Shown: piece by piece, positions 9,477 through 16,863 of the stretch
Position numbering within the stretch: position 1 is the stretch's first letter
Layout: each line of letters starts with the position of its first letter
Source of the DNA: a virus
Taxonomy: Duplodnaviria; Caudoviricetes
Strand: one strand, 5' to 3'
IMG/VR virus record: IMGVR_UViG_3300031227_000040
Location: 1 to 61,169 of that record
Length of the DNA: 61,169 nt
Position numbers and translations under genes: made by a program
The notes under the pieces: model-generated
Seen by the model: only the letters and a program-made list of their open reading frames with translations
The model's database searches: none
Told to the model about the DNA's origin: nothing

Positions 9477-10099
9477 TAATTACAATTGTAACTCATAGAG
9501 AAAACAAACCTTTACTAGTTCAATGTCTATTGTCCTTAATTAAATGTAAGTATCCAGTAGTCGTTGTTGTAAACGATGCAGAAAATACCCCCCCTGGTGA
9601 TATTAAATGGTATACAGACCTTAAGGTTAAAACAATATTAAACATGAACGATGGTTTTGAGCTAGGCGCGCTTAAGGCTGCTATGGAAGCTAACCCCGAG
9701 GAGGAGGATTTCTTCCTAATGCAGGATAGCTGTAAGGTTCTAGACTTAAAACTGTTTGATGTTGTAGCTGAGAACCCCAACAGTGTGAGTATGTCTAACG
9801 AATACTTATCTTACCTGGGAAAGTATCAGCGTAAAATAGTGAACCTAGTCCCAATTCCTCCTGTTAAAACTAAGAAGGAGAGTATATGGAATGAGAGTCA
9901 TTGGAATAAAGATTACATTAAAGCCTGTAAAGGTAACTATACCATACTTGACCCCATGTTCGGGAACTCATGGTATCAAGGGAATGAGTATAAAATGATA
10001 TTTGGTAAAGAGAGACAAGTTTCAATTAATGAGTATCTAATTAAATATAAGGCGGTTTACAATGCTGCCAAAGCTAAAGAGGTATTAAATGGAAATTAA
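9473..10099 (+). CDS. GT-A-like glycosyltransferase
   Basis: N-terminal IVTH..VVVVND, GFELGA, FFLMQDS; located in the GT cluster. Confidence 0.5.
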   Translation: MIITIVTHRENKPLLVQCLLSLIKCKYPVVVVVNDAENTPPGDIKWYTDLKVKTILNMNDGFELGALKAAMEANPEEEDFFLMQDSCKVLDLKLFDVVAENPNSVSMSNEYLSYLGKYQRKIVNLVPIPPVKTKKESIWNESHWNKDYIKACKGNYTILDPMFGNSWYQGNEYKMIFGKERQVSINEYLIKYKAVYNAAKAKEVLNGN

Positions 10100-10313
10100 A
10101 GAACTAGAGCAGGAGGAAATTTTAAAATTCTACAGAGGAGTATATGCTATGCATATTAGGAGCGTAGTAGAGCTTTCACAGTTATCTGTAGATAATTTGA
10201 CCCTCTCAGATCCTAAAGATATTAAAGAATTACAAGATAGAAGAAGCAAGGCCAAGATAGTAAAGGAGACTACAGCTGATACGATGAAGACTATTCGAGA
10301 GGAACTTTTATAA
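10089..10313 (+). CDS. hypothetical protein
   Basis: Overlaps the previous ORF; last gene before a terminator. Confidence 0.55.
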   Translation: MEIKELEQEEILKFYRGVYAMHIRSVVELSQLSVDNLTLSDPKDIKELQDRRSKAKIVKETTADTMKTIREELL

Positions 10314-10348
10314 TCTCTGTGGTTAATCCCACAGTCGTTTCTTTTCTT

Positions 10349-10382
10349 ACAAGAGAGCCCCTACACGGTGGCTCTTTTGTTT
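10349..10382 (+). terminator. intrinsic terminator ending the GT cluster
   Basis: ACAAGAGAGCC...GGCTCTTTTGT stem followed by T's; an additional CTGTGG/CCACAG hairpin at 10317-10334. Confidence 0.55.
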
Positions 10383-10472
10383 AAAAATCCCCCTCATTGT
10401 TATTGTACCATAGAGCATACTAAACCTTTTAATCTTACGGAGGTTTTTTCGTTTTGGACGAGAACTACTATC

Positions 10473-10584
10473 TAACCAGCACGAGCCGGTATAACCAGCA
10501 CGAGCCGATATAACCAGCACGAGCCGATATAACCAGCACGAGCCGATATAACCAGCACGAGCCGATATAACCAGCACGAGCCGA
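10473..10584. repeat. tandem repeat, 19-bp unit TAACCAGCACGAGCCGATA x ~5.9
   Basis: Copies start at 10473 (one A>G change), 10492, 10511, 10530, 10549 and 10568 (17 nt). Confidence 0.95.
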
Positions 10585-10687
10585 GAGTATCACAAAAACA
10601 CACACAAAGGGTCACGGGGGGGGAAAAATATACAGAGAGAGAAACAAAAAAAAATAAACACAAGAGTACATGGCACCAACTATCAAC

Positions 10688-10709
10688 GCCCGCCGTGTAC
10701 GAACGAGAA
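10688..10709 (+). promoter_or_regulatory. 22-bp repeated motif copy 1 (candidate phage-specific promoter)
   Basis: GCCCGCCGTGTACGAACGAGAA upstream of ORF 10758. Confidence 0.55.
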
Positions 10710-10757
10710 TCATTCCCTACTAAAGTAAGGTAAGTTAATTAACTAACTAATAAATTT

Positions 10758-10892
10758 ATGAGCGAACAAATTAAACGTTGTCCCATCCACAATGTTCCTA
10801 TGAGTAAGTCTTATGTAGAGGGTGAGTCAGACTGGTGGTGTCCTATCTGTGAGTACGAGAAGAAGAGGAAGAAGCAAGAGGATCTTAATTAA
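10758..10892 (+). CDS. small Zn-ribbon protein (44 aa)
   Basis: Read manually: MSEQIKRCPIHNVPM...WWCPICEYEKK; CPxH/CPxC pair; leader shared with ORF 11021. Confidence 0.65.
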   Translation: MSEQIKRCPIHNVPMSKSYVEGESDWWCPICEYEKKRKKQEDLN

Positions 10893-10898
10893 GTATAG

Positions 10899-10931
10899 AG
10901 GGGAGTCTTAATCGGCTCCCCTTATTACTTT
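10899..10931 (+). terminator. intrinsic terminator
   Basis: AGGGGAGTC-TTAATC-GGCTCCCCT followed by TATTACTTT. Confidence 0.6.
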
Positions 10932-10951
10932 AGTAGGGTGGTGTTCTACAC

Positions 10952-10973
10952 GCCCTCCAAGTACGAATGAGAA
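10952..10973 (+). promoter_or_regulatory. 22-bp repeated motif copy 2
   Basis: GCCCTCCAAGTACGAATGAGAA upstream of ORF 11021. Confidence 0.55.
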
Positions 10974-11020
10974 CCTTTACTTCTAAAGTAAGTGAATTTA
11001 ATTAACTAACCTAACAAATT

Positions 11021-11233
11021 ATGATTTGTCATTTTCAACCTGACCCGCTTAAAGATGCCCCTCTTGAAGCGATAGGGAAAATTAATGTCGGAGAAAACTT
11101 CGATATGGATAAGCCTATAATCTTAGGCATGGGGTTGCTTCCTAATGAGTCAGTCACTCTAGAGGGAGGCGAGCAGTTTATAGTATCAGTTCGTGGTGAT
11201 GAACTAATACTTGAACTTCGTAATAATAAATAA
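11021..11233 (+). CDS. hypothetical protein
   Basis: Follows motif copy 2 with the conserved leader TTAATTAACTAAC..AAATTATG. Confidence 0.6.
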   Translation: MICHFQPDPLKDAPLEAIGKINVGENFDMDKPIILGMGLLPNESVTLEGGEQFIVSVRGDELILELRNNK

Positions 11234-11249
11234 GTAAACGACTAAATTT

Positions 11250-11498
11250 ATGGAACTTAAATTTACACAAGTTAAAAGTAAAAATGATTCTGACTGGGAA
11301 AAGATAGGCGGAGGGTGGGATAAGCGTAAAGACGGTAAAGCAGTTGCTAGCGGTAAAGGTATCAGCTTTAAGATTGATAAAGGCGTTGATATTCATCTTA
11401 AAGGCGGTGATAGCTTAATGGTCTTTACTAATGATAATGTTTCTAAAGGTCAGCCAAGTCACAGATTATCTGTGAATACTGCTCCTGAAAAGAAATAA
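11250..11498 (+). CDS. DUF736-like small beta protein
   Basis: KIGGGWDK...ISFKID...LMVFTN...QPSHRL resembles the DUF736 pattern. Confidence 0.45.
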   Translation: MELKFTQVKSKNDSDWEKIGGGWDKRKDGKAVASGKGISFKIDKGVDIHLKGGDSLMVFTNDNVSKGQPSHRLSVNTAPEKK

Positions 11499-11504
11499 TT
11501 AACT

Positions 11505-11536
11505 AGGGGAACTCCAAGAGCGGGGTTCCCCTTTTT
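11505..11536 (+). terminator. intrinsic terminator
   Basis: AGGGGAACTCC-AAGAGC-GGGGTTCCCCT followed by TTTT. Confidence 0.8.
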
Positions 11537-11561
11537 AATTTCTTCTTATTTTTTCCATAGT

Positions 11562-11583
11562 GCCCTCCTAGTACGAACGAGAA
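11562..11583 (+). promoter_or_regulatory. 22-bp repeated motif copy 3
   Basis: GCCCTCCTAGTACGAACGAGAA directly after the terminator. Confidence 0.55.
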
Positions 11584-12025
11584 CCATTTATTCTAAAAAT
11601 AATAAATACTAAAACTTACTTAGGTCGGGTAGGTTATCAATATATATAAAAGGCTAAGCGTATGCGTAATCGATTTTGGTCCTTATTACAAGACAAAAGG
11701 ACAGGCAGGCGCGCTAAAGCCGAGCTAATCCGTGGTGGATTCGGAAGTAATCCTTCAAGACGTTGTTATGCGGCTATTCTGTTCTTTACTATTTGTTTTT
11801 TGTTTGGATTGTATTTGATTGTTAGTGGTTTGATTGTGTTGTTAGGGCTGTGTTGAGCTGTTGTGTGTTGTTTGTTGTTACTCTCCACAGCCCTTCTTGA
11901 CGTCATCTCCACGTCAGGTTAAAAGTTTATTCCCTTAGGTGATGATAAGAAAAATAGGGGGAAATTTTTAGGATCGTGTTAGGAGAGAAGTAAAGGTCGT
12001 TAAACAAGCAAGTTAATTAATGCTT

Positions 12026-12193
12026 ATGAAAGATTTATCAAAGGAAGCAGAAGCAACTCTATGTGAAATGCTTGACTATCTTTGTTCAAAAGTAAATTTT
12101 GGTCAAGCAAACTTAGATGCTAAGGCTGTTCAAAGTATGAATATTCTTTTCATAGAACTTAAGAAAGATAAGAGGAAATTTGAGTTAACTTAG
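12026..12193 (+). CDS. hypothetical protein (55 aa)
   Basis: Read manually: MKDLSKEAEATLCEMLDYLCSKVNFGQANLDAKAV...; an alternative ATG lies at 12020. Confidence 0.55.
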   Translation: MKDLSKEAEATLCEMLDYLCSKVNFGQANLDAKAVQSMNILFIELKKDKRKFELT

Positions 12194-12219
12194 GTGTTTG
12201 AACAAGCGGATTGTCCGTA

Positions 12220-12461
12220 AAGATATTAAACAGCAAAATGCCGCTGTAAATCGGCATTCTTCCTGTTTAATATCTTAAACGATTTTCAACAGCAAAATGT
12301 ACGACTGGAGTTGTAAACAACTCCTGAGGCACATTCTTCCTGTTGAAAATCTTAGTGCGACTTCAACCACAAAATATTCTTGGCATCGCGATATTTTATT
12401 CAGGAACTTACAGTTCCTAAAACAATATCGCAGGAGCCCGAATATTCTTCTGATTGAAGTC
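12220..12461. ncRNA. array of three long hairpins with conserved CAA-AAT...ATT-CTTC internal motif
   Basis: Units at 12220-12276, 12281-12351 and 12359-12461. The 11-14-bp basal stems differ in sequence but keep their pairing. Confidence 0.6.
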
Positions 12462-12484
12462 TTAATTAGTTAACCTTAGATTGT

Positions 12485-12646
12485 ATGAAGAAAAAAGAAT
12501 TATTAAGCAGATTAAGTGACGTTATTACTGCTTATTCTAAGGATCATACCGACTCAGTGGATAAGGATGAAGAGAAAGAATTTACTAAGAATGTTCGAGC
12601 CTGTGAAGAAGTTGAGAGATACTTTAGAATATCTTATCCTGGATGA
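12485..12646 (+). CDS. hypothetical protein (53 aa)
   Basis: Read manually: MKKKELLSRLSDVITAY...; ATGA overlap with the rtcB start. Confidence 0.6.
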   Translation: MKKKELLSRLSDVITAYSKDHTDSVDKDEEKEFTKNVRACEEVERYFRISYPG

Positions 12647-13839
12647 AAAAAGTAATATCAACAGAAAGGAACCCAATTAAATTGTGGACTGAAGACGTGG
12701 AAGATGGAGCCATGGTTCAATTAAAGAACCTGGCTAATCTGCCCTTCATCCACAAATGGGTCTGTGCTATGCCTGATTGTCATCAGGGTTATGGCATGCC
12801 TATTGGTGGAGTAATCGCCACTAGAAATGTCATCATTCCTAACGCAGTCGGCGTGGACATTGGCTGTGGAATGTGTGCTGTTAAAACCTCCTTAACAGAA
12901 ATAGATACTGAGACTCTTAAGAATATTATGGGGAAAATTAGAGAAGCTATCCCTGTCGGATTTGAACATTATGAAGAGAAACAAGACCAAAGTTTAATGC
13001 CAGAATATAGTAAAGATATGATTAATGGTGTTGTAGTTGCTGAATATAATAATGCTCAAACACAAATAGGAACTCTTGGTGGTGGTAATCATTTTATCGA
13101 GATTCAAAAAGGTTCTGACGGACATATTTGGATTATGATACATAGTGGTTCAAGGAATTTAGGATTTAAAGTTGCTAAACATTATAACGAAGTTGCTAAA
13201 AAATTAAATAAGCAATGGTTTAGTTCAGTTCCTGAAGATCAGGGCCTAGCATTCTTACCAATACAAAGTGATGAAGCTAAGGCTTACTTAAGAGAAATGA
13301 ATTATTGTATAGATTTTGCTTTGGCTAACAGAAAATTGATGATGAATAGAGTAATGGAAATCTTTATAGATAAAATAGATTATTCTTATAAAGGTGGAAC
13401 AGAAACTAAGACTGGATGTGTTGAATTTGAGCCAATGATAAACATCGCTCACAATTATGCTGCTTGGGAAAATCATTTTGGAAAGAATGTTTTAGTCCAT
13501 CGCAAAGGAGCTACGCTTGCCAGGAAAGGAACAATAGGAATTATTCCTGGAAGTCAGGGAACTAAGTCTTATATAGTTGAAGGACTTGGTAATCCAGATA
13601 GCTTTATGTCTTGTTCTCATGGAGCGGGAAGAAGAATGGGAAGAAAACAGGCCAAGAGAGAGCTAGATCTAAAAGCAGAGCAGGATAAGATGAAAGGTAT
13701 TCTTCATTCCGTTAGAGGAGTTGAGCAATTAGATGAAGCTCCCGGTGCTTATAAAGACATAAGTACGGTTATGGGAAATCAAAAGGATTTAGTGAAAGTT
13801 TTAGTCGAACTTTCCCCCTTAGCTGGTATTAAAGGCTAA
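12643..13839 (+). CDS. rtcB: RtcB RNA ligase (3'-P/2',3'-cyclic-P to 5'-OH)
   Basis: MPDCH.GYG.PIG, GVDIGCG, GTLGGGNHF, HSGSR, HNY, HRKGA, SHGAGR, DEAPGAYK. Confidence 0.95.
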   Translation: MKKVISTERNPIKLWTEDVEDGAMVQLKNLANLPFIHKWVCAMPDCHQGYGMPIGGVIATRNVIIPNAVGVDIGCGMCAVKTSLTEIDTETLKNIMGKIREAIPVGFEHYEEKQDQSLMPEYSKDMINGVVVAEYNNAQTQIGTLGGGNHFIEIQKGSDGHIWIMIHSGSRNLGFKVAKHYNEVAKKLNKQWFSSVPEDQGLAFLPIQSDEAKAYLREMNYCIDFALANRKLMMNRVMEIFIDKIDYSYKGGTETKTGCVEFEPMINIAHNYAAWENHFGKNVLVHRKGATLARKGTIGIIPGSQGTKSYIVEGLGNPDSFMSCSHGAGRRMGRKQAKRELDLKAEQDKMKGILHSVRGVEQLDEAPGAYKDISTVMGNQKDLVKVLVELSPLAGIKG

Positions 13840-13841
13840 TT

Positions 13842-14030
13842 ATGACCTATGAAGAAGAGATTAAAACATTAACTCTTAAACAATTAGAACACCAGATAAT
13901 AGGATCAGATAAAGGAGAAATGACATGTCATGGAATAAAAGATGTAAGAATGTTATCTGCTTGTTATAGAGAAGCTGCGAGTCGTGGTTTAAAGGTCTCT
14001 TGTAAGCTTCACTTAGTTAAAGATAATTAG
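13842..14030 (+). CDS. hypothetical protein
   Basis: Tightly packed + strand ORF. Confidence 0.55.
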   Translation: MTYEEEIKTLTLKQLEHQIIGSDKGEMTCHGIKDVRMLSACYREAASRGLKVSCKLHLVKDN

Positions 14031-14039
14031 GAGAAAATT

Positions 14040-14477
14040 ATGAAATTGATGCAAAAGTATAAGAAAATGACGGATTTAATAGGTAAGAGTAATGAGTTAA
14101 AGTTGCCATTACTTAAAGAGTTAAATGGATACTTAAAAGATTTGAAGTTAGCATCTTTTTATTTATCCTTTAGTAGTACAATCGAAATAAAAGAAGTTGT
14201 TTTAGATCATGAAGGTCATCTTCTTAATAAAATGAAATGCTTAGTGGTTACTGAATATACTCATACAGAAGAAGGTAACAATTGCTTTATTATACCAAGC
14301 TTTGTTTTAACTGATAAGGATTATAAAACTAGATACTTTAATTTGATTAAGCAATGGAAGCAACAAGCTATTGATAATGATAAAGCTTTTAAGTTACAAC
14401 AGAAAGAGAACAAAAAATTGTATGATGAGAAAGAATACAAAAGATTAAAGAGGAAATTTGGAAGAGTGCTTAAATAA
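14040..14477 (+). CDS. hypothetical protein
   Basis: AGGAG upstream; coiled-coil-like C-terminus EKEYKRLKRKF. Confidence 0.6.
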   Translation: MKLMQKYKKMTDLIGKSNELKLPLLKELNGYLKDLKLASFYLSFSSTIEIKEVVLDHEGHLLNKMKCLVVTEYTHTEEGNNCFIIPSFVLTDKDYKTRYFNLIKQWKQQAIDNDKAFKLQQKENKKLYDEKEYKRLKRKFGRVLK

Positions 14478-14485
14478 GTTAATAA

Positions 14486-14689
14486 ATGTTTATGACTAAA
14501 ACAATAATGTTAGGATTGTTAGGATTGTTTCTAGTAATAGCAGGTGGATTACTTGCTGTTAGAAACTTAATTGTTATTCGTAATGCTACTGAATTTGGTT
14601 CGGTTGGATTGTTCTTAAGTCTCTTACCATTAATATTAATATTAATTGGATGGGGATTTACTATGTATTCAGAGCATAAAGGTCATTAA
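14486..14689 (+). CDS. small membrane protein (2 TM)
   Basis: Two long hydrophobic segments. Confidence 0.6.
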   Translation: MFMTKTIMLGLLGLFLVIAGGLLAVRNLIVIRNATEFGSVGLFLSLLPLILILIGWGFTMYSEHKGH

Positions 14690-14789
14690 TTAAAAGAGTA
14701 ATAAATTTGGGAATGATAATTGAAACTTGGATCTATTACTCCTGGCTCTTTGTGGGCCTAATGGTAATGATTATAACTAAAAAAGTGAT

Positions 14790-15041
14790 ATGAAAATTGA
14801 ACTTTATATTGCGTTAATATGTTTGTTCTTTCTCATATTAATGCACATCAGACGCATGTTCTATGTAAGCTACTTTAAAGTAAAGACTTGTGCTCTTCTT
14901 AAAGTAGCTAAGATAGATGAAAAAGAAAGAGAAACGTGTATAAAATTAATTAAAAACATGGAGATAAGTGCTTTAAAATTAATCAGTTATATAATATGGA
15001 CAAAACTACAACAAAGGAAATCGTCACACAAGACGAAGTAA
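14790..15041 (+). CDS. hypothetical protein with N-terminal TM
   Basis: Hydrophobic N-terminus. Preceded by a 26-aa hydrophobic ORF (14713-14793) with ATGA overlap. Confidence 0.5.
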   Translation: MKIELYIALICLFFLILMHIRRMFYVSYFKVKTCALLKVAKIDEKERETCIKLIKNMEISALKLISYIIWTKLQQRKSSHKTK

Positions 15042-15400
15042 AGCTCTGGATTGTTAACCTTGGAATAAATACTCCTCTAGATAGCTGGTATCTTAGTGAG
15101 CGAGCACTTGTTAAAGAAGTTTATGTTAACTTCAAAGATGAGAAGTGCTGGGTCCCTGATATTGAATCTCTCCTAGATCAAATCAGAGACGAGATGGCTA
15201 GAGTCTTAATGCTATCTGGCTTAAAAAAGATACACTATGATTGGCGTGGTGTGGTTTTCGAGGTTGATCCTAGAGAAAAAGAACATTGCAAAGATTTGTG
15301 GAACAATGCTGCTGTGTATGGCATTGATCCTAAATTAGTAATTGAACGAGCTAAAGAAGCAGAGTTGAATAAGAAAGCTGAAGATAAATTCGATGAGTAA
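14996..15400 (+). CDS. hypothetical protein
   Basis: Packed + strand ORF. Confidence 0.6.
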   Translation: MDKTTTKEIVTQDEVKLWIVNLGINTPLDSWYLSERALVKEVYVNFKDEKCWVPDIESLLDQIRDEMARVLMLSGLKKIHYDWRGVVFEVDPREKEHCKDLWNNAAVYGIDPKLVIERAKEAELNKKAEDKFDE

Positions 15401-15572
15401 AAATATCTGTCCCATCTGTCATGAGACACAGTATACAGAGACAGATAAGAAGTATCTGGAACTTTATAATCAGTGTTCATGTTGTGATCAGAGAAGCTGG
15501 GAGATAGGAGAATTATCTGATCAGGATTTTCAGGCAAGAGAAGTAATAGCTTTAAAGGCTTGTAATGGATAG
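15393..15572 (+). CDS. small Cys-rich Zn-finger protein (59 aa)
   Basis: Read manually: MSKNICPICHE...NQCSCCDQ...; fills the gap between neighbouring ORFs. Confidence 0.6.
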   Translation: MSKNICPICHETQYTETDKKYLELYNQCSCCDQRSWEIGELSDQDFQAREVIALKACNG

Positions 15573-15903
15573 GAAAAAATTCTTGCTTTCCTTAGAACAG
15601 AAAAATAATGAATGGAAATTAATTCAAAGACTTAGAGGAACGAGTTTTGATTTAAATGATGTCGTTTGTTTCTGTTATAAAGATTTCTATCTCAAGATTA
15701 AGTTAGAAGTGACAGAATATCATCAAGGAAGATTTTGGCTTAAAATCTGGGAACAAGATGATGATGAAGAAAAAAGAGCTTTACATCTTGACTTTTGGAT
15801 GGGTGATCAAAAATTTCCAAGATGGCAGAGAATCTTCTTAGTTAGACCTGCTTCAACTAAAAAGTGTAAACCAGTAATAAGACGCTATGCAAAAACTAAA
15901 TAG
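15565..15903 (+). CDS. hypothetical protein, paralog family type A1
   Basis: W.L...R....DVVCFCY..FYLKIKL ... RWQRIFL. Confidence 0.65.
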   Translation: MDRKKFLLSLEQKNNEWKLIQRLRGTSFDLNDVVCFCYKDFYLKIKLEVTEYHQGRFWLKIWEQDDDEEKRALHLDFWMGDQKFPRWQRIFLVRPASTKKCKPVIRRYAKTK

Positions 15904-16240
15904 GGATGCTTGGATATTCTTATCTAAACAGCGAGGTTATTTGTGGGGTGATGTGATTAGGCTTCACTATCTTAAATTTTACATAGATATTAAATTGATG
16001 AAAGGAAAAAAATTTAAATTAGGAAAGTATTTAATTGAAATGAGTGAGGGAAGTCCAATTAAAGATCCTAGATATGTTTCTAGATATGTTTCTTGTCCTC
16101 CAATCTTTCTTGGAATATCTCCAATCTGTACAGAAGTAGGCTTACAACATGAAAGAAAATTATACTTACTTATTCCTAAAGAGCTAGCACCTAAGACTTT
16201 TAAACCTAAAATTGTATATGAACAAAGGAGAATTGTATAA
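15887..16240 (+). CDS. hypothetical protein, paralog family type B1
   Basis: W..LSKQRGYLWGDVIRLHYLKFYIDIKL. Confidence 0.65.
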   Translation: MQKLNRDAWIFLSKQRGYLWGDVIRLHYLKFYIDIKLMKGKKFKLGKYLIEMSEGSPIKDPRYVSRYVSCPPIFLGISPICTEVGLQHERKLYLLIPKELAPKTFKPKIVYEQRRIV

Positions 16241-16523
16241 ATGGGAAATGCTTCTTAAGTCAAGACATTTAGAATTCGGTGATGTGGTTTTATTCTGTTT
16301 TCCTAGACTAGAAATTAAGCTTTGTTTAAAGAAAGGCAGTCATTCTTTCTCTCATTATGATATTGATATTAATGTTTGGATAGATAAGGAAAAAGAAATA
16401 CATGTAGAATTCTTTAAGGAGGGATTACAACTTGCTAGGTGGCAAAGAATTTTCTTACTTGAACCTGTTGAATTAAATCCAGAGTTTATAGGTGGTAAAA
16501 TAATGTACTATGATCCAAAATAA
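16212..16523 (+). CDS. hypothetical protein, paralog family type A2
   Basis: W.MLLKSR...GDVVLFCF...IKL ... RWQRIFL. Confidence 0.65.
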   Translation: MYMNKGELYKWEMLLKSRHLEFGDVVLFCFPRLEIKLCLKKGSHSFSHYDIDINVWIDKEKEIHVEFFKEGLQLARWQRIFLLEPVELNPEFIGGKIMYYDPK

Positions 16524-16863
16524 CTGGACCTTATTAGTTAAGCTTAGAAATTATAGATGGGGTGATATAGTTCGCTTTCATTATATGGCTTTTTATATTG
16601 ATATTAAACTTGATAAGAAAAAGAAACATGTTTTTGATTTTGATGATAAAAAACTCAAAGTTTGGGTAAGTGCATATCCTAATCCTGGTAATCCAAGAAT
16701 GAGATTTGGAATTGAACCTGAGAATATTTATATCCACGTTAGAGATCTTGGAAGATATTATTGGGTTGAAGTAGAACTATTACATCCAGTTGAGTATTCT
16801 CAACCTAAGAATTTTTATGCTAAGTTAGTCGAATCTGAAGAAATGAAAGAATGTCATCATTAA
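16510..16863 (+). CDS. hypothetical protein, paralog family type B2
   Basis: W.LLVKLRNYRWGDIVRFHYMAFYIDIKL. Confidence 0.65.
   Translation: MIQNNWTLLVKLRNYRWGDIVRFHYMAFYIDIKLDKKKKHVFDFDDKKLKVWVSAYPNPGNPRMRFGIEPENIYIHVRDLGRYYWVEVELLHPVEYSQPKNFYAKLVESEEMKECHH

Noticed and set aside
10473-10584. Possible CRISPR array
   Set aside because: The repeats are head-to-tail with no spacers and no cas genes are present.
10347-10663. Minus-strand ORFs 10347-10577 and 10472-10663
   Set aside because: They are translation artefacts of the 19-bp tandem repeat.
11662-11856. 64-aa ORF with hydrophobic C-terminus
   Set aside because: The hydrophobicity derives from a low-complexity T/G tract and the N-terminus is atypical. 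It may be real, since it follows motif copy 3, but I cannot support it.
12220-12461. Integron attC sites (AAC-N5...N6-GTT geometry, variable apical part)
   Set aside because: There are no cassette ORFs between the units (4-7 nt apart), no L-box extra base, unit 3 lacks GTT, and no integron integrase is in the window. Kept only as a structural analogy.
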